Origin: Candidatus Latescibacterota bacterium
Lineage (GTDB): Bacteria > Latescibacterota > UBA2968 > GCA-2709665
Assembly: GCA_965219455.1 (NCBI GenBank)
Contig: OZ244744.1
Span: forward strand, 4,960,001 to 5,024,000
Direction of reading: 5' to 3'
Length of the DNA stretch: 64,000 nucleotides
Shown here: positions 36,823 through 46,520 of the stretch, piece after piece
How positions within the stretch are numbered: the first letter of the stretch is position 1
Layout of the letters: the number at the start of each line of letters is the position of its first letter
Notes under the pieces: model-generated
The model's database searches: none
Told to the model about the DNA's origin: nothing
Seen by the model: the letters and a program-made list of their open reading frames with translations, nothing else
Program-made: the position numbers and the translations under genes

Positions 36823-37760
36823 ACGCGCGGCGGTTCTGCCCGTTGATCTGGGTGTTCTTCCTCGCGTGCCGCCCGCTATCCGCGGCAGGTTGGGAGCAAC
36901 TCGAACGGGAGGGACTGTCGCTTCGGTTTCAGGACATCGACAGGGCGTCGGCGTGGGGGCTTCTGGATGAACTGATCTCCGGGAGGTCCGAGGTTGCGGA
37001 GAAGCTGGGCGGTGGCCACGATGCCCCGGTGACAATTTACGTAGCCGGTTCGCAGCAACTCTTTCAGACCGTCACGCGCGGGCGCATTCCCCACTGGGGG
37101 GTAGGTTGCGCCTTTCCGGCCGAACGGATCGCGGTGTTGCGCCTTCTGCCCGGGCAGCGCGGACAGGTCCTGAAAACGGCCCGGCACGAGATCTCTCATA
37201 TTCTGCTGCACCATCTTGGGCGGTCGCGGGTGCCGCGCTGGTTCGACGAAGGCGTGGCCATGTGGGCCGCGCAGGAATGGCGATTTCGAGAAAGCACCGA
37301 GGTTTCCTATGCGATCTTCTCCGGCGGGCTGGTTCCGCTGGGGGAAATTGAAGGGGTCCTCGGTTTTTCTTCTTCCATGGCGCGCCTGGCGTACACGGAA
37401 AGCCTGCTGGCCGTCCTGTACCTGATCCACCTGGGCGGGCCGGGCGCCGTTGCGCAGGTCGTACATTCGCTCGGGACCGGGGTTTCGTTCGACGTCGCAC
37501 TGTATCGGATAACCGGGCTCACGCCCCGGAAGTTTGAGCGGGAGTGGACCGAATACGCAAGGGGCCGGTTCAGCGCGACGGCCTTGCTGACCTCGGCGGA
37601 GGCTTTCTGGCTCTACATGACGTTGCTGCTTCTCGGTGTTTTCGTGGCGGTCCGGATCCGCAACCGGCGGATCATCGAACGCTGGGATGAAGAATCTCCT
37701 GAAGACGCGCTGCCGTTGCGCCTGCGGCTGAGGGTGCGGCGGCCCGGGGACCGGTCGTGA
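36819..37760 (+). CDS. Peptidase MA-like zinc metalloprotease, membrane anchored
   Basis: HEISH...PRWFDEGVA gluzincin motif; signal peptide; C-terminal TM. Confidence 0.85.
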   Translation: MNARRFCPLIWVFFLACRPLSAAGWEQLEREGLSLRFQDIDRASAWGLLDELISGRSEVAEKLGGGHDAPVTIYVAGSQQLFQTVTRGRIPHWGVGCAFPAERIAVLRLLPGQRGQVLKTARHEISHILLHHLGRSRVPRWFDEGVAMWAAQEWRFRESTEVSYAIFSGGLVPLGEIEGVLGFSSSMARLAYTESLLAVLYLIHLGGPGAVAQVVHSLGTGVSFDVALYRITGLTPRKFEREWTEYARGRFSATALLTSAEAFWLYMTLLLLGVFVAVRIRNRRIIERWDEESPEDALPLRLRLRVRRPGDRS

Positions 37761-38353
37761 TTGTCGGCGTAACAGGGGGCATCGGGGCGGGCAAGAGCCG
37801 GGTGTGCGATGTTTTCGCCGGGGAAGGCGCGTGGGTGATCGAGGCGGACGAGTTGGGGCGGCGGGCGGTGGAAGCCCCGGCGGTCCTGCGAGCGCTGGTT
37901 GAAACTTTCGGCGGGGATATAGTGGACGACAACGGGCGCCTGGTCCGGCGTGAACTGGGCCGGCGCGCGTTCGCTTCGGCCGTGGCGCGAGACCGGCTGA
38001 ACGCCATTGTGTGGCCGCCGCTCGTGCGGATGTTGCGGGAGGATTCCATGCGTGCGCTCGCCGAGTCTCCGGACCGGCCGGTGGTGATCGACGCCGCGTT
38101 GTTTCTGGAATGGGGCGACCATCGCGCTCTGTGCGACGTCCTGGTGGTTGTCACGGCGCCGGAGGCGGTCCGGATTCAGCGGGCCACGGAACGCAAGGGG
38201 CTGACCGAGGCGGAAGTCAGAGATCGGATGGCGTCTCAGCTTCCGGAGGCGGCAAAGGTGAACGCCGCGGACTGCGTGATCGAAAACAAGGGGTCGGTGG
38301 CGGAACTGGAGACACGCGCGCTGGCGGTCTGGCGACAGATTGCCAAGCCTTAG
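37757..38353 (+). CDS. coaE: Dephospho-CoA kinase
   Basis: GVTGGIGAGKS, DAALFLE, RMASQL, ADCVIEN. Confidence 0.95.
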   Translation: MIVGVTGGIGAGKSRVCDVFAGEGAWVIEADELGRRAVEAPAVLRALVETFGGDIVDDNGRLVRRELGRRAFASAVARDRLNAIVWPPLVRMLREDSMRALAESPDRPVVIDAALFLEWGDHRALCDVLVVVTAPEAVRIQRATERKGLTEAEVRDRMASQLPEAAKVNAADCVIENKGSVAELETRALAVWRQIAKP

Positions 38354-38433
38354 AGCAGGGAGACTATCCGGGAATCAGCAGACCGACTATGATCGGACCG
38401 GACGCGCCGTCCCACGGCGCCCAAAGCAACAAC

Positions 38434-38463
38434 AGACCCCGACGGGATCGTCCGTCGGGGTCT
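38434..38463. terminator. 12-bp hairpin downstream of coaE
   Basis: AGACCCCGACGG-N6-CCGTCGGGGTCT. Confidence 0.6.
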
Positions 38464-38703
38464 CGTATTCATGCGCAATAGTGTCTGGCTAGTCGGCAGG
38501 ATATGTGAACCGGTGAATCACCCAGCAGCGGTAGGTCTTTCACACAACATTTCCGTAGAGCGAATGAGGTGCAGTGCCTTTAACTCGTTGACCGGTAGCT
38601 TGTCGGTCTCGCTGAGAGCAACGGACCGGTATTGCCTCAAATGCCACCCATAACATGGGCTTCTCGTTTTCAGATATTGGTACCGGCGTTTTCATGTCTT
38701 TAG

Positions 38704-40410
38704 AGTCTTACAGTAAGACTTCTACGCAAAATGCGTTCATAATTATTCATGCTGCTTGTTTAGTGGTAGTGTGATCGTGGTAAAGGGTGAGGCATTTCGC
38801 GAGTGTGTTGTGGCCGTGACGAGTGACGCGCCATCGTCTGGACCGTGGGATTTTGGCAATCAGGCCGTAGACGTGGAGCCGTTTGAGGAGGCGACTGACG
38901 GCATTGGCGTGCCGTCGGCGATGGGCGGGGGATTTGGGTTGTGTGAAGAGGTGTTGTCGGATGTCCTGATTGCGGAAGCCCATCAGGGCGTGTTCGCCGC
39001 GCAGTACGGCGGTGAACAGGGCGAGGTGGTCGGGGTGGGCCGGGTTAAAGCCCCGATAGGCACGTCCCTTGTGCCTGTGTGGCCGCGCCAGTGTGCTGAG
39101 GCTTTGATGTCCGGTAGCGGCGTCAGGGGCTGCGGACAGCGCCTGAAAGTAGCGTTGGTTGGCCGTCAACGAGATTTCCCGATAGCGGTAGAGGTTGGCC
39201 ACGCCTTTGGCCATGGGATACCAGCCCATCACGCGTTGTCCTCGCCGTATGCCCCAGCGGCGAACCTTGAACTGCCTTGGATGGTTGATCACTGTTTCGA
39301 CGCGTAGTACGCACCCGTGTTTGTCGTACATTTTAATCCAGTTCTCACACATCCGGTGTTTGACTCTTGCGCCTTTGTGGCGTTTGTTTTTGAAGTCCGT
39401 GAGGACTTCACCCTGAAAGTTGCCGTGGAGTTTGCGGCCCAGGAAGGTCAAGATGTCCTGGGGAGAGAAGCACAGCACCGTGTGTCTGAGCAGGTTTTCA
39501 TACAGCGCCTTCAGGGCGTGGGGGCTTTGGAACATCACGTCGGTGGCGAACTCGGCTTGGTCAACGACCCAGTAGTAGTCCATGCCCAAAAGCAGGTCGT
39601 TGAGCAGGGGGTTGACCTTGCGGGCGAACGCCGAGAGAATGCGCGGCCAATTCTTGCCCACAAAACGATCGGCAAAGCGTTGCGCCCGGTCCACATCGGC
39701 AATCCAGACAAACGCGTTGTCCAATTTTTCATAGGCGATGCCGTGTTTGTCGAGCTTGCGCGCCAAGAACTCGTGGCCATTGAGACAGATCTGCACCACC
39801 AGCGGGAACCAGGACTGGATGCGGATATGCATCAGTCCAAACTCCCGGTCAATCCAGTAGAAGTAGTAGCACAGGCATTTCCGTGGGGCGTTCTCCAAGC
39901 GAGGCCTTCCTTCCCCCGGAACGAGCTTGAAACTCTGGCAGCCTTCCAGGGCCCGAAACACACAGACCAGGCCTTGCGTAACCCCATCGCGTTGTGCCAG
40001 GCGGCGCGCTTCGTCCTCTTTCCTGATGGTGTTGCGTTGCAGATAGATGAACGGGCGCTCGTGCTTGTTTGCCATCGCCTCCGCGTGGGCTTTGATCGTA
40101 TCGGAATGCGTCGTCACAAAACGCTTGAAGTCCTTCAACAACAAACCCTGATTGCTGATGAACCGCTCCATCGCATTTCCAAATCCCAGCGGCAGGTACC
40201 CTTTGAACAGAACCCGATCAAAACAGGATACCACTCCGGTGATTTTTTCACTACATTGGTCCACGAAGTCTCTCACGGCGTTCCTCCTTCCGTTGATGGC
40301 GGTGGGTACCACCATCATGGGGGATGAACGCCGTTTTTCATACCCAAAAACAATCTGCTCTTGACTACAACCTATTTGGTTGCGGCTGAGCAAAGCGAAG
40401 CCGCGTTAGG
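38704..40410 (-). mobile_element. Putative TIR-less single-ORF mobile element with terminal hairpins (boundaries approximate)
   Basis: Upstream hairpin TTTGGTTGCGGCT...AGCCGCGTTAGG (40375-40410); downstream AGTCTTAC-A-GTAAGACT and ACGCA-AAA-TGCGT (38704-38736); no terminal inverted repeats or target duplication seen. Confidence 0.5.
38747..40276 (-). CDS. 509-aa protein with Rep_trans/CRI-like KxYxK...LRxE motifs and C-terminal winged helix; putative transposase or replication initiator
   Basis: SCFDRVLFKG, ICLNGHEFL, WIKMYDKHGCVLRVETVIN, SRLLKRLHVYGLIAKIPRSRRWRVT; GTG 40276 after GGAAGGAGG. Confidence 0.6.
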   Translation of the reverse strand: MRDFVDQCSEKITGVVSCFDRVLFKGYLPLGFGNAMERFISNQGLLLKDFKRFVTTHSDTIKAHAEAMANKHERPFIYLQRNTIRKEDEARRLAQRDGVTQGLVCVFRALEGCQSFKLVPGEGRPRLENAPRKCLCYYFYWIDREFGLMHIRIQSWFPLVVQICLNGHEFLARKLDKHGIAYEKLDNAFVWIADVDRAQRFADRFVGKNWPRILSAFARKVNPLLNDLLLGMDYYWVVDQAEFATDVMFQSPHALKALYENLLRHTVLCFSPQDILTFLGRKLHGNFQGEVLTDFKNKRHKGARVKHRMCENWIKMYDKHGCVLRVETVINHPRQFKVRRWGIRRGQRVMGWYPMAKGVANLYRYREISLTANQRYFQALSAAPDAATGHQSLSTLARPHRHKGRAYRGFNPAHPDHLALFTAVLRGEHALMGFRNQDIRQHLFTQPKSPAHRRRHANAVSRLLKRLHVYGLIAKIPRSRRWRVTRHGHNTLAKCLTLYHDHTTTKQAA

Positions 40411-40448
40411 CAAGATGACAGTCTATACCTACAAATTGTCGATGCCCG

Positions 40449-40661
40449 CTATGCCAACATCGATCGTTCGCCTTTTGGTTCCGGTATCGGATCGCCGAAC
40501 TCGCGAGCGGTGTCAATCCACAGTTCGATCGCCTCGTTGACGTGTTTGAGCGTGGATTCCTGCGTTTGTCCATGCGCCATGCATCCGGGCAACTCGGGCA
40601 CTTCCGCCACGAAGACGCCGTCGGTGTTGCTCCAATACAGGATGATCTCGTATTTGTACAT
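40449..40661 (-). CDS. hicB: HicB family antitoxin
   Basis: FVAEVPELPGCMAHG.T.E...G.PIPEP. Confidence 0.92.
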   Translation of the reverse strand: MYKYEIILYWSNTDGVFVAEVPELPGCMAHGQTQESTLKHVNEAIELWIDTAREFGDPIPEPKGERSMLA

Positions 40662-40915
40662 TAATCTGGTTCCTTTAGCCTGTATTTCAAGATAACTGCG
40701 CGAATCTGCCGGATCTGGTACGGTTTCGCATGACTACCATCGCGTTGTAGATTCAGTCACTCTGCGATACCTTCTTTTCGAAATATATGATGCCCTCCAC
40801 GTATCCGTTCAGCGAACCCCAGTCTCCGGAGGAGCGCGCGCACGTTGTCGAATCGGATGTTCGCATCCGAGCCACCTTCCAGAATCTGCTGTCGAAGCTG
40901 AGTGTGTCGATTCAT
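40661..40915 (-). pseudogene. hicA: HicA family toxin with in-frame TGA at codon 53
   Basis: Manual translation MNRHTQL...GFAERIRGGHHIFRKEGIAE*LNLQRDGSHAKPYQIRQIR; TGA at 40757-40759; TAATG coupling to hicB. Confidence 0.85.
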
Positions 40916-41075
40916 GCAAGCGCTTCAAAGATACGGTCGGTATGCCCAGAGAGCACTCAGAATGTGGATAAATTCCAAGTGTGTGTTCTCTCTAAGATAC
41001 CTAATCAACCGGCCGTTGGCGTTTCCGACACTCGATTTTGTGTGTCTGTAATGTCTCTTGCACATCGTGACGGCG

Positions 41076-42299
41076 CTAGAGGTCGGAGAAAGGCAAGGCG
41101 GTAACAGCCGGTCCGAGCGGTAAGCGGATGTCGCCCGGATGCACGACGTAGCCCGGTTTCGATCCGCTTTTCATATCGCCCTGGAATTTCCTGATAGCGG
41201 AGGCCATCACCGGACGGGGGGTAGCGGACAACTTCACCTCGATGGGAACCAGCCCGGCGCCTGTCTCGACCACGAAATCGACTTCCGTTCCCGCCAGGGT
41301 CCGCCAGAAGTAGACCTGCGGGTCTATCCCTCGATGGGTCAATGTCCGGACAATTTCGGACAGGACCGCCGTCTCCATGATGGCGCCGCCCATTGGACCG
41401 GAGGCGGCATGCTCCGGATCCTTGAGGCCGACCAGGTGGCACAGTGTGCCGACATCGGTGAAATAGACTTTCGGGGTCTTGACAAGCCGTTTCCCGACGT
41501 TGGCGAAGTAGGGGCGCAGGACGATCACCTGGTACGTGGCCTCGAGTACGGACAGCCAGGCCTTGATCGTATTGACCGCAACCCCAAGGTCGCGTGCGAC
41601 GTCGGTCAGACTCAGGAGTTGGGCGCTTCGAGCCGCGAGTACGCGCAGAAAACTCTGATATTGAGTCAGGTCGCCGACTTGCCGCAGCGTGCGCACGTCC
41701 CGTTCGAGATAAGTCTGAATGTAGCTGGCATGCCAGAGCGAGACATCCCTGTCGGGTTGGGTCGCGAGTTCCGGATAACCGCCTCTAAGGAAGCCCTTCC
41801 ACAATTCGCCGAATCCACTCGACGATCTTGAAGACGACGGGCGTTCGCGTTCCCAGGGCAGGGATGCCTGTGGGCGCCCTTCGGCTTCACGCCTCGACAA
41901 CGGCAACAGCCGAAGCATGGCGGCACGGCCCGCCAGCGACTCGGTCACGTTTTGGGCGAGCAAGAGATTCTGTGAACCGGTCAACAGATATTGACCGGTT
42001 CTGTTTCGGTTCGCGTCGATCTTCTCCTTGATATAGGGGAGCAGATCAGGCGCGTAATGTACCTCGTCATAGATAACCGGCGCCGGATACAACTCCAGGA
42101 ACCCGCGCGGGTCTTCAGTTGCGGCCGCTCGGACGTCCGGGGGCTCTAGAGACACGTAGTGATACCGCTGTGCGAAGAGACGTTGAAGCAGTGTTGTCTT
42201 GCCGGACTGGCGCGGTCCGGTCAGGACGACGGCAGGGAATTCGACAGCCGCCTTCTTGAGGACCGGTTCCAGTGAGCGTTTGATGTACGATTGGCTCAT
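41076..42299 (-). CDS. AAA_14-type ATPase with DUF4143 domain
   Basis: GPRQSGKTT, YDEVH, LTGS, GGYPE, YLERDV, PKVYFTDVG, EVDFV...IEVK. Confidence 0.92.
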   Translation of the reverse strand: MSQSYIKRSLEPVLKKAAVEFPAVVLTGPRQSGKTTLLQRLFAQRYHYVSLEPPDVRAAATEDPRGFLELYPAPVIYDEVHYAPDLLPYIKEKIDANRNRTGQYLLTGSQNLLLAQNVTESLAGRAAMLRLLPLSRREAEGRPQASLPWERERPSSSRSSSGFGELWKGFLRGGYPELATQPDRDVSLWHASYIQTYLERDVRTLRQVGDLTQYQSFLRVLAARSAQLLSLTDVARDLGVAVNTIKAWLSVLEATYQVIVLRPYFANVGKRLVKTPKVYFTDVGTLCHLVGLKDPEHAASGPMGGAIMETAVLSEIVRTLTHRGIDPQVYFWRTLAGTEVDFVVETGAGLVPIEVKLSATPRPVMASAIRKFQGDMKSGSKPGYVVHPGDIRLPLGPAVTALPFSDL

Positions 42300-42413
42300 A
42301 ACTGGAAATTATGCAATTGAAATGCAAAATGTCAATCAAAACCTCTTCGCTGGTTCTACAAATTCAGTCTGCCAGTATCAAATCCGTGATCCAGTTTATA
42401 TTCCGGCGATCGA

Positions 42414-43244
42414 TCACTCCGCCGTTTGTTCACGCGCGGACTTTGCTTTCCTGCTCCACTCCTGTGCAAGCCGGCGGGCTTCTGCTATCTGGGCGGGCGT
42501 CATCGACTTTTCCAGGTTGTCGCGCACGATTCTCCCCAGGCTGTCTCCCGCGGCGGCGGCCAGACTGCAATGGGCATGGGCTGAAACGTCGTCACGATCC
42601 AGGCCGAGGCCCATGGCGTACATCATACCGAGTTGGGATCGGGCAGGCGCATAGCCCTGATCGACGGCGCGGCGGAACCACTTGACCGCCTCCGCGTAGT
42701 CCCGGGGCACCCCGCGGGCGCTGGCGTACATGGTCCCGAGGAGGTATTGGGCGCCGACGTGGTTCTGATCGGCAGCGCGCCGGTACCACGTGACCGCCAC
42801 CTTGACGTCCGGCTTCAGACCTCGCCCAATCCGAAACATCGTCCCGAGGTTGACCTGGGCGTCCGCGTTTCCCTGATCGGCGGCGGCGCGGTACCATTTG
42901 ACCGCCTCTGCGTCGTTCCGCTCGACGCCCAGACCACTGGCGTACATCCATCCCAGGTTGTTCTGCGCTCCCGGGTGACCCTGGTCTGCGGCGCGACGGT
43001 ACAACCTGGCCGCCTCCGCGCCGTCCTGTTTTACGCCTCGGCCCGCCTGGTACCTCAGCCCCAGGTTGTATTGGGCTTCGGCTTCGCCACGCCCGGCGCG
43101 TCGCCGCACCTCCTCCACGTCCTCATCGCGTTGTTCTTCAGCGCAACCCGCGGCAGCAAGCACGAGAATCGTGAGGACGGTCGTCGTCAACCCTGTTCGT
43201 CCATACACCATTGGAGCACTCTCCATAGACGGATCACGTGTCAC
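42414..43244 (-). CDS. Sel1-repeat lipoprotein
   Basis: Lipobox LAAAGC; repeated AQxNLGxMYxxGxGVxxDxxEAVKWYRxAADQG units. Confidence 0.92.
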   Translation of the reverse strand: MTRDPSMESAPMVYGRTGLTTTVLTILVLAAAGCAEEQRDEDVEEVRRRAGRGEAEAQYNLGLRYQAGRGVKQDGAEAARLYRRAADQGHPGAQNNLGWMYASGLGVERNDAEAVKWYRAAADQGNADAQVNLGTMFRIGRGLKPDVKVAVTWYRRAADQNHVGAQYLLGTMYASARGVPRDYAEAVKWFRRAVDQGYAPARSQLGMMYAMGLGLDRDDVSAHAHCSLAAAAGDSLGRIVRDNLEKSMTPAQIAEARRLAQEWSRKAKSAREQTAE

Positions 43245-43266
43245 GAACGCAGTGGATTCACCCCCG

Positions 43267-44352
43267 CTAAAACTCGAAGGTGAAGATTTCGATCTTGAGT
43301 CGGCCCGGTTCGGCTTTCGTGAAGTCCTGGGCCTTGAATTGGTCGGGCACTTTGGACCAGCCTTCGTAGATCTTGCCGCCGAAGTAGAACCGCCGCGTCG
43401 TGCCGGGCTTCGTGGTCGGACTGCCCGACGCGAAGAGGTCGTAGGAACGCTCCGGGGCGCGCGGGCCGGTTTTGTCGACGTGAGGCACGTACTCCCTGAG
43501 ACCGTCGCCGTCCACGTCTGCTCGAATCCAGTCGAGATGGAGCAGGCGATGGTAGCTGCGGTCGGCGATCATGCCGAGGATCGCGGCGTTGAACCGCGAG
43601 ATGATCGACTCTGCGTCCGGAAGCGACCGGCGGACGGCGAGGTGAAGCGAGCGTATGAGCAGGGGCGCCGAGCCGAACGCCAATCGCGTTCGAGCGACTT
43701 CCGCGTGGTTGCTGATGAGGTACTGGATTACCAGATCGTCCATCAGCGTGTAGTCCACGTTACCTTTGAGGAGTTTCGCGACGCTGTTCTCTTCGCTGTT
43801 CGAGCCAACGATGATCGGCCCATCCGTTGTCTCGACAGCCTCGCCATACGCGTACCCGGCAACCAGGGCGATCCGCTTGCCGGCGAGGTCGGCCAGCGAG
43901 GCCGCGGACACGTCGCTGCCCTGCCGCCCGACGAGGATCAACCGGTTCTCGAGATACGGCTGCGAGTAAATCAGAACGCTTTCGCGCTCCGTGTCCTTCC
44001 AGAGGGCCGCGCTTCCGTCGAACTCGCCGCCCAGTAGGGAGGGCGTCAGCCTGGCCTCGTCCACGATGACTGTTTCGGCGGTCATACCCATGCGCTTTAG
44101 AGCCATTTCGACCAGATTGAGTGCGAACCGCGGCTGACCGGGCGCGTTGGTGAACGGCGGCCACGCCGTCGACACGAACTTCAGTTGCCGATCCTTCGCC
44201 GCCGCCATGATCGGTATGGCGATGATCAGGAGCAGCAGCACTCCAGCACTCCACCGGATCCAAGGAAGAAGCCGGCTTCGGCGCATGGGTCGTGACCTTT
44301 CTGGTTTGCGCTCGTCGTTCGCTGACATGTCGTGCCTGAAATCAAAAGTCAT
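43267..44352 (-). CDS. Substrate-binding (SBP family 3-like) periplasmic protein
   Basis: Signal peptide, WPPF, YSQPY, SLADLAGKRIALVAGYAY, GNVD; start uncertain. Confidence 0.8.
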   Translation of the reverse strand: MTFDFRHDMSANDERKPERSRPMRRSRLLPWIRWSAGVLLLLIIAIPIMAAAKDRQLKFVSTAWPPFTNAPGQPRFALNLVEMALKRMGMTAETVIVDEARLTPSLLGGEFDGSAALWKDTERESVLIYSQPYLENRLILVGRQGSDVSAASLADLAGKRIALVAGYAYGEAVETTDGPIIVGSNSEENSVAKLLKGNVDYTLMDDLVIQYLISNHAEVARTRLAFGSAPLLIRSLHLAVRRSLPDAESIISRFNAAILGMIADRSYHRLLHLDWIRADVDGDGLREYVPHVDKTGPRAPERSYDLFASGSPTTKPGTTRRFYFGGKIYEGWSKVPDQFKAQDFTKAEPGRLKIEIFTFEF

Positions 44353-44683
44353 TCTTCACCCCTCCCGCTATTTACGTTATCGCATTCTACTCCATGCCGC
44401 ACTGAAGGATTGACAGCACGTTTCAGGTCCGCAGATCCGACGTCCCCGCGCCGGCTGAAATCTCGACCCTGCAAATCTCTAACTTACAAAAATACGCCGA
44501 TTGTCTCATTTTGTAATAGACAAAACAATAGTTGCCTAGACATCTCAAACCGCAAACCGTCTCCGTACCATGAAACTCAGACAGAACGTCTCCGACCACG
44601 CACAGAGAAGGTTGTGTTCGAGATGCGAGTGATTATCGCGGATGTGATTGGACCTGTAATGCGCGTCGTCAGCCTTGAGGCGA

Positions 44684-45502
44684 TTACCCGCATGGGGGCA
44701 GGTCACACAATGAGATCGTCACCAGGTTCTTTCCAGGTGCGTGTGCCTTCTCAGTTGTTCGACGGATCATTATCTCGACCGCTTTTCTCAAAAATCGCCG
44801 CTCTGCCGCTGTCAGATCCTGCTTGACACCCTCACGCTTTCTTGCCTCCGATGGACCACCTCTTTTGGTTGATAAATTTCCAATTCTATCCAGTACTTTT
44901 TTGGAAACCTGAAAATATTCCGTGGCAGCATCGCGTCCTTTTTTCTTTATTTTTCGGTTGTTATGGCGTCCAATCTCTTCTTTGGCCATCCATTCCAAGA
45001 TAGTCACACCGAAATACGCCATCCCGGTTAACGGCTCGCGGCCTCGGCGATACCCCAAATACCGATCATACATTGTCTTGACGTCCGGCGTGACGCTGAC
45101 ATCGGCCGGCGGTGACGGGTAACTCGTGGCAACTCTGGAAACAGAAACTGCAATGGATGCCGGTGGGAATATCACTGGTGTTAGGTATAATTCTACAGCT
45201 CCCGGCGGTGGCGTCTGAGGATTGCGGTCCACAATCTCAGGGCGTTCATAGTTCAACCTAAAGCTGTCCGGGCCACCTTGCAGGCAAGCGGCAAATTCCC
45301 AGTTACGAATGTATTCCTCAATGGATTCACGAGCCTCGGCTTCGTCTGCGTAATGATCCTTCAGGAAAAACGACGCTTTCTTGTCCTTCACTTTGAGACG
45401 AAACGCTTTTTCTTCTACAACGAGCGGTTCCGCTTTGTCGTAGTTCACCGAATTTCCGTGATCAATATTGTAAAATAACGCGACCACGTGGGGGTCGTTC
45501 AT
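44684..45502 (-). CDS. Hypothetical protein
   Basis: Long lower-GC ORF; ATG 45502 after GGGAG; no motif firmly recognised. Confidence 0.65.
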   Translation of the reverse strand: MNDPHVVALFYNIDHGNSVNYDKAEPLVVEEKAFRLKVKDKKASFFLKDHYADEAEARESIEEYIRNWEFAACLQGGPDSFRLNYERPEIVDRNPQTPPPGAVELYLTPVIFPPASIAVSVSRVATSYPSPPADVSVTPDVKTMYDRYLGYRRGREPLTGMAYFGVTILEWMAKEEIGRHNNRKIKKKGRDAATEYFQVSKKVLDRIGNLSTKRGGPSEARKREGVKQDLTAAERRFLRKAVEIMIRRTTEKAHAPGKNLVTISLCDLPPCG

Positions 45503-45619
45503 TGCGTACTCCCGTTCCACGTTCCTGCGATCAACGGCTCTCCTCGTCGTATGCTGCAATACCATCTAGGTGGACGGGTTCTTCAATTACACACTCGTGA
45601 AGCGCAGGTCCGCCGAAGT

Positions 45620-45835
45620 TCACCCCGCTTTGTAAGCGCGCACCGGCAACGCCGTCGTTTCCAAAGTGGAGAGGTCCAGCCGGATGGAAGCCCTGTCGAT
45701 GTCAAATCCCACGACATCGCCGTTGGCGTCAAGATCGACATTCAGACCGTCGGCGACCTCGCGAGATTCCGTGCCCGGTTCGGGTTTGAATTCGACGTAG
45801 AGGCTGTCGGTCTCCGGATAATAGTGTAGTTTCAT
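45620..45835 (-). CDS. DUF2283 family putative antitoxin
   Basis: MKLHYYPETDSLYVEF...NVDLDANGDVVGFDI. Confidence 0.88.
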   Translation of the reverse strand: MKLHYYPETDSLYVEFKPEPGTESREVADGLNVDLDANGDVVGFDIDRASIRLDLSTLETTALPVRAYKAG

Positions 45836-46083
45836 TGCATTTCCTTTCGAAATCCCCTGTCAAAGAATGCATTGTGAATAGTCTCGCCGTCGTCCAACGC
45901 TACGACCCGGAGAAAGCGGGTCGTTCGTTCTCCGGGAGGTGAGACTTCGCCCCGGATGCGTATACGGCCGTCCGGCTGTTTTTCGCGCCGAATTGGCGAG
46001 GTAATGACCTCAATGCACCATTTCGGATCGATGTAGGGGCGCTTACGTAGCACTTGCTCCTCTAAATAGCGTGTCGTTTTTAT
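45832..46083 (-). CDS. Putative RelE/BrnT-like toxin partner of DUF2283; expected start codon reads ATA (possible pseudogene)
   Basis: (I)KTTRYLEEQVLRKRPYI...LRVVALDDGETIHNAFFDR; ATGA overlap with the DUF2283 gene; alternative GTG at 46146. Confidence 0.6.
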   Translation of the reverse strand: MKTTRYLEEQVLRKRPYIDPKWCIEVITSPIRREKQPDGRIRIRGEVSPPGERTTRFLRVVALDDGETIHNAFFDRGFRKEMQ

Positions 46084-46414
46084 ATGCTGTCTTCGGGCGG
46101 CTCCGTTTGTTGCGCGCGAGTACAGGCGAACGGCGATTGACCGCACCAGGGTCGGCTCTTCATTCCGGCGATTTCGTCCACGATTGCCTCAAGTCATCAA
46201 ATTCGACGGAACGCGCTTGGCGGGCATCTGTTGGATGCCAATGGAATATATAAGAATCGGCATTGGTGGGCAATTCAACCCTGATCCGAACACGTTGCAT
46301 TTTGCGACAGTTCCGGTGGGCGAGGAGCAATCAGCGATCAGTTATCAGCAGTCAGCCAAAACCGGACATTGATATGGCCCGGCGAAGCCAATGGGAGATG
46401 CGCGCGCCACGACG

Positions 46415-46520
46415 AGGGCAACCACAAGGGTTGCCCCTACAAATGCCAAGGCGGCGCGTAACACGGCGATATCAATATCAAGGATGTCAGATTTTGTAGG
46501 GGCGGTTCGCGAACCGCCCG
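46415..46520. repeat. Pair of GTAG-type REP palindromes
   Basis: Minus strand GTAGGGGCAACCCTTGTGGTTGCCCT (46415-46440); plus strand GTAGGGGCGGTTCGCGAACCGCCCG (46496-46520). Confidence 0.75.

Noticed and set aside
40757-40759. Selenocysteine or alternative genetic code at the hicA TGA
   Set aside because: Not a Cys-like position, TGA is used as a normal stop throughout the window, and no SECIS evidence; a nonsense mutation is simpler
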